Shown here: one piece after another, positions 14,689 through 26,790 of the stretch
Position numbering within the stretch: the first letter of the stretch is position 1
Layout: each line of letters begins with the position of its first letter
Assembly (NCBI RefSeq): GCF_009914755.1
Contig: NC_060928.1
Origin: the human T2T-CHM13v2.0 reference genome, Homo sapiens
Reading direction: 5' to 3' (one strand)
Length of the DNA stretch: 64,000 nt
Notes under the pieces: generated by a model
The model's database searches: none
The model's input: only the letters and a program-made list of their open reading frames with translations
What the model was told of the DNA's origin: nothing
Program-made: the position numbers and the translations under genes

Positions 14689-17337
14689 AAAAAAATGAGT
14701 GTATAATTTTTTGAGTGCTTATTATTGGAATCGCTAGTGCAAAAAGGCTTGGAACATCATAGGAACATAAAGATTTCAATGGTATTGCTACTAGATATTG
14801 AAAATTGATGTTCCCTCCCCCACCTATTGCCACTATGAGCAATAACTAATACTTAATGGAGCAAATGTACCAGGAACACATTTGCTCTGATTCTGTGAGG
14901 TAAATTCTTTTATTATCCTAATTTTGCAGAGAAAGAAACTGAAGCACAAATAAGTCACATATTTGCCTGAGATCACACACCTGGAATTTGAACCTAGGTA
15001 TCTCTCTCTCTCTAGTACCCAATGCTCTCCATCTTGCTACAGTCACAAATATGAAAGCTGACAATGAAAATGTTATCTCAGTGTCCCTCAACATGGCTGG
15101 CTCTATCACCAGTTTGTAGGCTGTTTTATATATTTAATCAACTCTCAAATTATTTCTAGTTTCTTCATCATTTTAAGGGAAAAGAAAGCAAAATCTTATT
15201 AAATGTATTGAAGGAGCTTGATCTGTGTTTCTTTTTCCTTCATGCTAGATTATAGGCTTTCTAAAAGTCTGGGTTTTCCAGAATCCATTCATTGATTCAT
15301 TCATTGATTCAATCATTAGACAAAACACATAAACCAAGTTCATGTTAAGCAATCACTAAATGACAGCTATTACTATTATCACCAAGAACTAACAGCCTGA
15401 AGGGAAAGATAGATACATAAATGAAATACATATTTTTTAAGTGGAATAACAGAAGGAAGTATGTTAGTAGCTTGCCCAAGTGATCCCTAACAACACAATG
15501 ATAGAGAATGTGAGTCCACATTTTACTTTTTTCATTAAAGAGAATCTTTCCTGAGCTTTATCAATGCCTCACTTAAGACAAATGACAGCCCTTCTTTTGT
15601 TCAACTTTTTATCATTATAATGGCCATTCACACAACAAAAGGGACATACTTGTGTCCCTTTTACACAAGTATAGAGAGTGCCTTTTTGTTTATTCAATAG
15701 AGAAGAAACTTTATAGAAAATAATACATTTATAAAATGTATGGTCTCCTTGAAGACCATAAAGCATGTGTTTGTAGAAAATAATATACTTGGGTAAAGTA
15801 AATATAATGATCATTTAAAAATTATTACGTTTCTAATTTTTAGTGGATGCCTCATGAGAAAGGTCTATATTTAGGCTACAGCAAAGTCTCTGGTAACTTC
15901 AGCAGAAAATAAAGACATGTGGCTACATGGCTACGCAATTTGCTCAATTGTGTAATCTTTGTACAAAAAAAAGGTCATACTGCTATCAAAGGCATTCTGC
16001 TTGCCTTAGGTCTGAAGCGTGAAATCTTAAGAGCCAAAATAAAAATTACGGAAACTGGAAACAATTCCTAATAGCCAACTGCTAAGAAAAGAAAAGGCTC
16101 TTTATTCAGAAAGTTATTTATTAAAGTAGTGTGAAAAGAATGGCAGTAATGGAACTTGGTCTTTCATAAAATGTCAAATTCTTCCAATTAGCCTCAGTGT
16201 TGTATAAAGGTATTTTGTTATATTGCTCCTTGGTATTTATTCAATATAAATGGTCCACAGGAAAAAAGGTTTCAATCTCAATAATCCATTTTTAAAGAAA
16301 TTATTTTTATTATATATTTGATGGGTTATATCAGTGGCTGTAAGGAGACATCTCCTGCCAGGTGTTTTAAGCCCTTCTTATTGGCTCTGACCACCACTCC
16401 TACCTCACAGGATACTTCTTAATGGAGAGCAGTTTAATTCCAGGTCTTTGAATAAAGCCACCTTGACAGCTGCCACATTACACCTTATGGAAGACCATTA
16501 TCTCTTTTCTCCACTTTCCGCATGCCCAAGAGGGGTGTTTTTAAAGAAGAAACCACACAATTAGTTTATAAGGCTTTTAGAATTTATCTTTTTCGAAGAG
16601 GGAAGTGAATCCAAAGACAGATAAGAAAGAAAACTACTTTTAAAACGGGAATGAGTATGAAATTCAGTAAATCTTGCAGACAGTAAAGAAATGAATCAGG
16701 CACAGTGGGACTGGACTAGTATATTTTCTTTAATAACAGCATCAACATGTTATATGATTTTTCCTTTTTTTCTAACATTATATAAGTGAATCCCTTTAAA
16801 TCTCAATAAGAAAGAGGCACCGACTATAGAAAGTTTTATAATGTGCTTATAGTTTTTCAAAATCATATAGAAAGCATGTAATAATGTTAAGATTCTGATA
16901 TAATATGCATACATTTATAAGAAAACTTTTAGAGTAAATTTATGATTGCAATTGGGAATAATATACACAGATCTGATTACCATCTTGGTTATTGAGTTCC
17001 AAATAAAAAAAATGACACTAAAACTATGGTGTTTAGAACTATACACAGTAGTTAGTAAAGAAGAAGCTCAAGAACAGTGCCCTCATATTTTGGAGCTAAG
17101 CTTATCACTGGAAGTAACCCACTAGTAAAATCAAATCAAAACAGACAAGATTAGCTTGTCACATGAAGGCAGAAAGAATCAAACAGAAAATCTAGTAGGT
17201 CTTGCCAATGTGAAAAACATGTAGCCCAGTTAATGTTACATACATCTACAAAAATCAATGTCTCAATCGATGGTGTACAGAAAGTCCAAAGTATTGTTTC
17301 AGAGGATTTCTAGGACTGTTTGAGGAAGATGATGCCT

Positions 17338-17696
17338 TGGGGCTTCCCAACCACTGAGTTGTGGACTGGTACCCGACCGTGGCTGGTTAGGAACCAGGCC
17401 ACATAGCAGGAGGTGGTGAGTAGTGGGAGTGAGAATTACTGCCTGAGCTCTGCCTCCTGTCAGATCAGTGACAGCATTAGATTCTCATAGGAGCATGAGA
17501 ACTGTACATGTGAGGGATCTCGGTTGCATGCTCCTTATGAGAATCTAATGCCTGATGATCTGAGGTGAAACAGTTTCATCCCAAAACTATTCCCATACTG
17601 ACTATATCTCCATTCCGCCCGCCCCCCAACCCAACCCCTGGAAAAATTGTCTTCCACAAAATCAGTCCCTGGTGCCAAAAAGGTTGGGTACCACTG
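17338..17696 (+). mobile_element. MER1B-like hAT-Charlie element
   Basis: Diagnostic gcctcctgtcagatcag...cattagattctcatagg...ccttatgagaatctaatgcctgatgatctg...ggtgccaaaaaggttgg. Confidence 0.85.
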
Positions 17697-18175
17697 CCTT
17701 ACTGGATGCCATAGGTAATTACAGTTCAGTGATAGTGGTTATCAAGATAGTCGGGCCAATACTTCTTTGTTAAATTATCTGCTCAAAATTTTTCCATTTA
17801 TAATCTGGCCATCCATACAGAGTTTTCAAAAAATGAAGGAATATGATGGTCATCTTGACATAAGGAACTTGATCAGTGCCATAACACTGACTTAGGCATC
17901 AGAGATTTGGGTCAGGTACCTGGCTCCGCCCCTTACTGCTGTCACCTGCAGCAATCACACACATGTGTGATCAAGACAGGGTCATGGGAAGTTTTTGGCT
18001 CTGAAAGGTTAAGGTCAAGATGAGGAAAATTCTGGCCTAAGAAATCCTGCCTAAATGGTCAGCTAAGCTATAAGGACTGAACTGAAACAGCACTGCCTCC
18101 GTGACAAAAATGAGAAGCTATTTTATAAAACCAAACCCTGGTATATATTTTACTGTTCTAACAAGAAAGGAAGGC

Positions 18176-18557
18176 TGCCGGGACTGACCCACAGACCCTG
18201 ACAGAGCAACAGATGAGAAAATGCACTCTGACCCAGATATCCAATGAAAGAGCAGGCTAGGGGACCAGGTAACCCACAGAAAGAGTTGTAGCAGCTGCAG
18301 CCCTGACAAGCTGGGGCTGCAGGCATTTATTTAGTACAGATTTAATGACAGAGGCCTTGAGTCAACACACTTGTGGGTAATTAACATGGTCACCCCTCAT
18401 CCCCTTTCTATCTAACCTAAGCTTTTAGGCACCGGATAAGAGAATCTGGCTGCCTTCAGCCAAATCCTTTTCCGAAGCTTTTGTAAAACCTCCCAGCCTT
18501 CCAAGAAGGTTTGCATCTTTCCACAGTTTTTCCCGCCACCCTGACTGATCTCCTACA
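18176..18557 (-). mobile_element. Solo LTR, LTR22 family (HERV-K22/HML-5)
   Basis: TG...CA termini; minus strand begins TGTAGGAGATCAGTCAGGGTGG; perfect 6-bp TSD gaaggc (18170-18175, 18558-18563); minus-strand AATAAA at 18326-18331. Confidence 0.8.
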
Positions 18558-20330
18558 GAAGGCAAAAAAGGCTGTCAATCAATGAATCAAATATTTACTT
18601 CCTAGTTTTTCAGATAATAAATAAGCACTTATTATATTCTGATAATTAATTAACTTTCTAATAACCATAACAGGTCAGCCGGGGTCCTTTTATTATTATC
18701 TCCGCAACTTGCAACTAAGGATCATTAAAAGATATATGCAAAATGCTCAGTTTAACACCTAATTTATGCTACACCCAATTTTAAGCCAAGAGAAGGTTAG
18801 ATTTATAATGGGATACAACACTCAAGCAACAGAAGTGGAAAAAATAAAGATTCTGAATTTCCTATCCACTAATTACTTTGTTATAACTGGAGAAATTTTT
18901 CTGGACACAGGCGTAAATATTTAGTAGATTTAATTCTCTTAAGAATAAATTTGTTAAAATAAAAATTAAGAAAATATTTGATAGCTTTTCCATTTATTTT
19001 GGGTTTTAAATTGAGATAACCAGACAAACGACAGCAATTTTGGTGATTGCTGGATGATACAAACACCTGTGTAGCTAGGGCTGTACAGGCATTTTTATTT
19101 GGTTGACAGACAACTAGAACTGAAATCAGTTGCTGAATTTCAACCAATTTAAGTGAATTACTTGACCTACAAGCTATGTAACCCTAAATTTCTCAATGCA
19201 GCTGCCAGAAATCTATTTTCTAAATGCAACAACAGCTGGTTTTGAACAATACTGGAATATAGCAATTTTCAGTTATTCAAAAGTATTTTTCTCTTGCTAA
19301 AATTATAAACATTGAGAAAATAATTTTCAGATTTTTCTGAAAGACTACTATTTTCAAAGTGAAAAACAAACTTGAATATCATCTTTAGAAATTATTGCTA
19401 GCTTTTTTTTTAACCTAGAACAACACATATAATGATAGAGTGTAACCCTCACCTTCATTTTAGAAATAACTTAACCCTGCAGTGCCTGCAGGAACTTCAA
19501 TATGTAGACAATTTCTAAATCACCAAACATATTGCTCGAAAACTACATCCTTCTAGGAAGAATAGACAAATGGGCCAATTAAGCCTGAGGTGAATAATAC
19601 TTTAAACCTGTAAAGCTTTGTAAATAATTGAAAAACTGTTCATCACTTCAAATACTGTCATCAACATACAAAATAAATATAGACAATTCCATATGAGGTT
19701 AACTCAAAAAGGACCTTAACCTTTCAGGTGCAATTAGTATCTAAAGTTCATAGAATTGTTCTTGGCAGTTAACTCAGTTTCACTGGCAAATGACTCAGTT
19801 TCTTACTCATGGATTTAACTGAAAATGTTTACAAGTCCTCATTTTACTTTGTTCTGTCTAACTTACTCTCTCTCCAGTGCTGTGCAATCTTGTGTGGGCT
19901 CTGGATCCAGACTGCCTGGATTTAGTACTGGCACCATTCCCTCCTTACAACCTAATGAGATCCTGAGAAGCACAATAGAAACTCTCTAAGCCACAAATTC
20001 CCTCTTACAAAATGCTAACAATACTGATCATTTAGGTTGTGGATTCAGTAAACTTAGTTGACTTACACAAAGAACTTAAAACACGCTCGGTATACAGGAA
20101 GTGCTCAACAAATGTAGCTATTATTATTATCTGTATCCTCTTGTTTGGGCAAAAGAAATGTTGCTCTTTCATGCCTAGCCCTCTTCAAGGTCCTTATCTC
20201 TTCACTGTCTTGCATTGTTATTCTCACACTGACTCCTGTGCCTCCGCCTTTGCCTAAGAACATTCTGCCTCTCTTGCTTGTGAGCAATGCCAGCTCACAC
20301 ATTCAAAACCTAACCAAACAATAAAAAACT

Positions 20331-21046
20331 TCACATGATTCGGGCAACATCCTTCATAGCTGCTCCTCCACTCTGTTTTACACAAAACATTACAATTTTT
20401 GAATAGTCTATATTCATTTCTTCCACCATTTACTTTTACCTTTTGCAGTTTCACTTCCCTGAAACTGCGTTCTCAATAATCACTTAATCAACGAATCCAC
20501 AGCAGCTTTTTCACAATCCTCATATTTCTCATCCTTCCTACCACTGATGAGATCTCCTCCCTTTTTGAAACTACTTTATTTTGCCTTCTGTGCCACTGCA
20601 CTATCCTAAATCTTCCTCCTTGTTTAACTACCACTTCTCTACCTTCTTGGCTGTTTTCTTTTCCTGTTCCTTCCATCTAAGGCTATATTCACAGGAGTTC
20701 TGTTCTCAGTCTCTCTACCTCTCTGCATTCTCTCCCAATTGATGCACCCCTATGATTTCACTACCATGGGATGTTAACTCCCAAATCTCCACCTCTAGTT
20801 CTAAACACCACCACCTCATCGCTTGAGTCCTGCCTTTTCTGATTGCTGAAGATGTTCACTTGGTTGTTCAACCAGCACCTCAAACTTATCTTGTCCTAAA
20901 TCAAACCTGCAGTTTCAGGGAAGTGAAACTGCAAAAGGTAAAAGTAAATGGTGGAAGAAATGAATATAGACTATTCAAAAATTATAATGTTTTGTGTAAA
21001 AGAGAGTGGAGGAGCAGCTATGAAGGGTGTTGCTTGAATCATGTGA
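20331..21046. repeat. 138-bp inverted repeat (20331-20468 / 20909-21046) with 440-bp spacer
   Basis: Direct comparison gives 5 mismatches in 138 bp; near-identical peptides in ORFs 20254..20454(-) and 20860..21087(+). Confidence 0.95.
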
Positions 21047-21140
21047 TTCTTAATATTCATCTTAATATTTCCACTTTTATGAATTAATGTCACCATCATT
21101 CTTTGAATTGCCAAGGTCAAAATATTTGGATCATCTTTCC
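20430..21140 (+). mobile_element. Degenerate L2 LINE fragment interrupted by the duplicated segment
   Basis: L2-like phrases cacctcaaacttatcttgtcctaaa and caccatcattctttgaattgccaaggtcaaaatatttggatcatc; approximate. Confidence 0.55.
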
Positions 21141-22071
21141 TGTCTCAGCACAGTGTTCTGTGCACAAGCTCTGGATGGTGAACTTGTATCCTCATTCTTT
21201 CACTGCATGGCAGTGACCTTGAGCAAGTCACTGGGCTTCTCCAGGCTTCAGTGCGGCCTTCATAACATAGTTATGAAGTTTACATGAGAAAACAGTTGTG
21301 CAGTTTACATGAGAAGATGTACATAAGGGCACAAAGAGTTTAGCATGTGGCAAACTATGATGAGGATGACAGAAAAAGACTCTCAATGATCTGTTCACAC
21401 TTTTCTCATTCCTTACATAACTGTTGTCACAACTCACATGGCCCTTACCTATGTCATCGCAAATACATTTAAACACAGGAGGACAACCTAGGTTGTAAAG
21501 TGTTAAAGTGCCTCAAATTTTCATTAATCTCAACCAAGCCATTCCAAACCAAGACCTACAACATACATCTACTTACATATCCATGTGCTTTTCTCTCATT
21601 GTATGCTAAATAATGCAAAGAGAATTCAGGAACTGACCTTATTTGACCCCAATTTCAAACAGCATTTTATAAGCCATATGGTCAGAAATTAAAATCACTC
21701 TCAATTCTTGATAATACAGAGTAGGTATCAGTAACAAACTATAAATTGTTTTGTTATTACCCTAGCCAAACAACCACCTCATGGTCCCCATTTCTCCAGG
21801 AACTAAAAGAAAAGTAAATTTAATTTTGGCCCCAAAAAGATGTAATGATTATAACAATTACTGGAAAACAAATATCAGAATCATACACTATATTACACAG
21901 TCAGTATAAGTTATTTAATGCCTTTTGCTTTGTATTATCAGTGACTTTGCATCCCTGCAAGAAAGCAGAGTTAATTAAACATTTTTATAAGTATCCATCT
22001 AAATATTTACCAAATTTGGTTAAATTAGGTGTCTGTAATTAGTAATTTTTAAAAAGAAAGAGGATAATTAC

Positions 22072-22131
22072 CGCTAACGACTGTAGCTCTCTTGTTTCTT
22101 CCTCTGCTGCTGAAGCATGATACGACAGAAC
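22072..22131 (-). CDS. PDE5A: PDE5A coding exon (~11), 60 nt, VLSYHASAAEEETRELQSLA
   Basis: Manual translation; acceptor ccctgtag, donor GTAATT. Confidence 0.95.
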
Positions 22132-22913
22132 CTACAGGGTAGGAAAAGAAGTCCAGGTTACACAGGAGAGAACTACCACATGTAGACTAGAACTTCAAGC
22201 TTGGAATTCTGCTAAGTCTTCTTGGAGAGATAATTAGACTCCTCAGAATGCCAAATCTTGTTTGCTGTTTTCTTCAACAGTGAAAAACCCAGATTTAGAT
22301 TCCATTGCTTGTTTTGGAAAACAAAAAGTTATACTCCCTATGTTTAAAGAAAACTCTTGTAACTTCCAGTCTGACATTATTGCTATAACAAACACATTAT
22401 TTATAAGCCAGCCTAGAAATAACTTTTGGCTCAAACTTTGGCAGAAAATTTATTTTGTTTTTTTTTTTTAAGACAATATTGACTTTAGCTATTTCTGCTT
22501 GTGTACAGAATTAAAGAGAAAATCTCTGCATAATCTGACATTTTGATATTAATATTTGGAAAGAAAGTAGTCTACAAGTGGCTCTCAGATGAGGCCTGTA
22601 ACCATTCTAGAATTCACACAGAAAAACTGGATGCCTGGGACACAGTCATGCAGATTTAAGGATCCCTTTACACTCCTACAATTTAAGAGGTGAGAAGAGA
22701 GTAGTGCTGGCCTGTAAAGCCATCCATTGACAGTTGGGGACACTGAGCCTCAGGGAGTCACATGATTTGGCTGTAAGCTCACACCTAGTGAGAGGACAAG
22801 GAGATTTAGGACCCAGCTTTCAATTCCTAACCTATACACGTTCCATTACTTAGAGTTAAAAAATCAGGCTTATTAACTTAATTTCCATTTTCAAAAGCAA
22901 TCATTTCTAATTA

Positions 22914-23154
22914 CAAGTTGAGCATCCCAAACCTAAAAATCTGAAATCCAAAATCCTCTAATGAGCATTTCCTTTTGAGTGTCATGCTGCTGCTCAGAGA
23001 ATTTTGGATTTTGAAACATTTTTGAGTTTGAGATTTTTGGATTTGGACTGCTCAACCATTAAGTATAATGCACATGTTCCAAAAATCTGAAAAAAAATGC
23101 AAAATACAAAACACTTCTGGTCTCAAGCATTTCATGTAAGGGTTACCCAAACTG
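22914..23154. mobile_element. Tigger4/Zombi-type MITE
   Basis: caagttgagcatcccaaacctaaaaatctgaaatccaaaat...aaacacttctggtctcaagcattt; same family as 2989-3204. Confidence 0.7.
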
Positions 23155-24129
23155 CAATGGGATTTTTTTTAAACATTCTTTTAAACCAAGGTAGTGGTTG
23201 TATTTAAAGTATCTATCATGCTTTGAAAGCATATTTTTTTAAAGTTCATTTTTGAGAGAGACAACACAGATTTACAAAAAAAACCCCAAAAGCTTAAAAA
23301 GCATTGATGAAAAGGTAGCTCATTTTCAAACTTTAAATGGTGAGTAAAGTAATTCAGCAACCCAAACCAGTATTTCTTGAACCAGTCTTTAAAATTTTAA
23401 GTAATTAAAAATTTAAAGCCAAATGATACATATTTGTACTATCTTATGATTTAGAACTGTTACCATACTGCACTACATTGCATCTTTCTTGCCATTTGAA
23501 CCATTAGTCACTAGGAAACCTCAAGAAACTCACAGCTGCTCTCTCCTGCACGTGTGAAATTGATGGGTCATGGCTATAACCTGTTGCTACTGAGACTACA
23601 GTGGTGGTTCCCCAAGAAAAGCTAATACTGTGTCCATGAGTTAGACTAATATTAACAAGTGCAGTGCAACATGGATACATGAATAAAGAAATGACACAAT
23701 ACATTCTAAGTTAAAAAAATTTTATCACACACAAAAGATAAAAATAACTTACACATGGGGCATAAGGATTAACTTTGTTAATACATGTAAGCATTAGAAT
23801 ACAATTGAAACATCTGATAAATTTAGTTACTTTTATTGTCATCATTATTTTATTGTTATTAGAATGATCACAACTTCCAGGTCAAAATAATTCACTGTCT
23901 TTTGAAGACCTGAGGGGTTTGTGCCCTTGGCTTTTGTCCAATGGTCTCATAAAGAAAGGACCATTTTTTTCAAAGTTATATCTATGATCATAGAAATGAC
24001 TACACATATGACCTGAAATCAAAAACTTTTTATACTAGGTAAAAGCCTAATTATCCATATATTTAACTGAAAGAGAGCTACAAAGATAGAAATAAGTCTC
24101 AATCAGGAAAATATTCAGAGATTCTGAAC

Positions 24130-24335
24130 AAAGTAATACAATGTCTGGGATTGCTTCAAACTAAGCCAGTGGGAGGGGAAGGGAAGTGCAGAGGAGTGCG
24201 GTGGGAATGGATGGAGTGATAATGGTCATGGGTTGATAATTACTGAATGGATGATGAGTATGTGAGGGCTTATTAAGCTTTCTGTCTACTTCTGTATATG
24301 CTTGAAACTTTCCATAATAAAACATTTAAAAAAGA
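24130..24335 (+). mobile_element. Old L1M (L1MC/ME) 3' end
   Basis: atgtctgggattgcttcaaa...ctacttctgtatatgcttgaaactttccataataaaa. Confidence 0.6.
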
Positions 24336-25559
24336 AATAACTTCTAATTGATAGCTGACTTAGATTAAATTTTTCAATGAAAAACCATGAAACTGAAAAA
24401 ATTAGATTAAAAATTATATTTATATATTTTATAATAAACACATATATAGATATATGTATATATGTGTATCTGTATATTTAAAGCTATTTGTACACATATG
24501 TACATGTGTATATGCACCTAATTGAAACTATATTTGAAATATATATTTGTGTGTATATGTGTACATATATATTTGAAACAGATTTCCACTGGTTTATATA
24601 TTCAAAGTCTTTTATATAATACTGTAGCAAACCTATTAGTATAATATATTCAGCATAGAAAGTAAAGGGTACCATCTGGTATATTTTATATAATATATGT
24701 CTCTCTAGCTCTTTAAGGTTAGTTATGTACTTAAGAGAGATTGAGGGAAATGTTATTATATCCCAAACACTGATTTTCTCTAATTTCAACTAGATAAGAA
24801 ATCTCCATGTTACATCAACTGAATAATTTCAAGGCAGTTAGTGAAACATATATAGAAAGGACTGACCCTGTTGGAGTCGGCTGGTCCTTTGTGAGAAAGA
24901 GTGTTCCTCGGTCAGTCCCTGGGAGCCAGTGGTTTCTTCACTCGCTACCTGCACATTCAGAGTCACCTGGGGGAGCTTGGTAGTCATACAGATTCCCAGC
25001 TTCTACCCAAGACTTGCTGAATCAGAACTTTCAGAAGTAGGGTATATAAATTTATAGTTTGAAATAGTTTCTCAGATGATTCCAGGAGTTAAAACTCTTC
25101 CTGCTTTTCGTTGATTTTATTTTTTCTTTTCCTCACTTCTAATTCTCTTAAGAGTGCCTAGGGTTTCTGTTTTTTGTTTGTTTGTTTATTTTTAATTTTT
25201 TTCCACAACTGTTCTCACGGAAAGATGGGGAGGCTCAGGCAATGGGAAAGAGACAGATAATTGGCAGTAGTCATCTGTGTCAATGGATTATTAAAGTCAA
25301 TATTGCTTTCTGCAGAAAAAGCAAAGGCATAAAGGGATAAACATCCTGAGTTGTGGTTTGGTTATATGACATTTGACAAGTTTCTTAAATATTCTGAGTC
25401 TTAGTTTCTTTCATTCTTTAGTTGAGGACAATAAGGATCTCATCATCTAAATCACATAATTTTGGTGAGGACACAATGACGGAACACACACACACCATGA
25501 GTGATTATGAGGGAAAGGTAAAAGATGAGGGTTTGGCTGTACAGTGTGAGAGGTCCCTA

Positions 25560-25832
<273 letters not shown>

Positions 25833-26154
25833 TTACACTTTTCTCTTAGGAATGCTTAGTATGTCGAAATAAGCAAATTAACCCCCACAAATATAAGCTA
25901 GAGAAGTAAACAGAATTTATATGAGAACTAGTTTCATGTAGTTCAAAATGTACATTGCTGGCGTTCAAAAAATCCTAGAGTACTATTTTCTTCCAGACTC
26001 GGTCACGAATTTTAGATCAGTTGAGTCCCCAAAGACAATTTGTCCTTTGGAAGCTAATTGGATTTTTGTACACTTGCCAAGAGAACGATTTTGATGCACA
26101 TCAGAATTTTGGGTCAAACAGATCTCCTTTCCTTACTGAGAAACCAGAAGTTAA

Positions 26155-26158
<4 letters not shown>

Positions 26159-26200
<42 letters not shown>
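26159..26200. repeat. (AC)21 microsatellite
   Basis: Perfect dinucleotide run. Confidence 0.97.
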
Positions 26201-26202
<2 letters not shown>

Positions 26203-26544
26203 TTACATACAAAATAGAATGCAGAAAGGAGGCAACTGACATAAGCAGTCTCAAATTTCAAATCTACACCTCTGTATCCAACAGAATCAAATTTGCAGAA
26301 AACTTTTGATTCTGCAAATAATTATGCAAATAAAAATGACTACTTAGAAATAAAAGTTAAACACGTAGTCAATAAAAATGGAAGATTACATCAACATTAG
26401 GATAAATCTTAACTGGTTGTTCTATGAGTTTCTGAGCCTAGTGGTCTCTGTGAGGAGTGACCTCACAGAGGTCACTTTGATGACCCAGCCTACCTCTGTG
26501 TAAACAAAGTGTTGTTAAAGTCCTTATCACTTCTGTCTCTGAGT

Positions 26545-26790
26545 ATATAATAACAAACTTCTACCATGTGCCCACTGTGGGATAGGCATTGTGCTAAATA
26601 CTTTGGTAGACACATGATCTCCAGTCTTCTCAATTTATTCTGTGAGGTAGATGTGACTATTCTCATTTTACAGATGAGGAAACTGAATCTCAGAAAGTTA
26701 CATCATTTGCTCAAAGCCACTTAGCTGGTATGTGTAGGTCTAAAATTCAATCCCCAGCTCAGCCTGCCACAAGGGCCACTCTCAACTGCC
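26545..26790 (-). mobile_element. MIR SINE
   Basis: ctcattttacagatgaggaaactgaatctcagaaagtta core. Confidence 0.7.

Noticed and set aside
20254-21087. Paired ORFs with near-identical peptides (KLQKVKVNGGRNEYRLFKN...) as a duplicated gene
   Set aside because: A by-product of the DNA inverted duplication in L2-derived sequence; no coding hallmarks.
24415-24605. TA/TATATG-rich quasi-palindromic tract
   Set aside because: Degenerate simple repeat; self-complementarity follows trivially from composition.
24856-24920. Alternative hairpins ggactgacc/ggtcagtcc and aaaggac/gtccttt
   Set aside because: Stems are only 7-9 bp, next to a MER5-like remnant, with no miRNA or snoRNA architecture.
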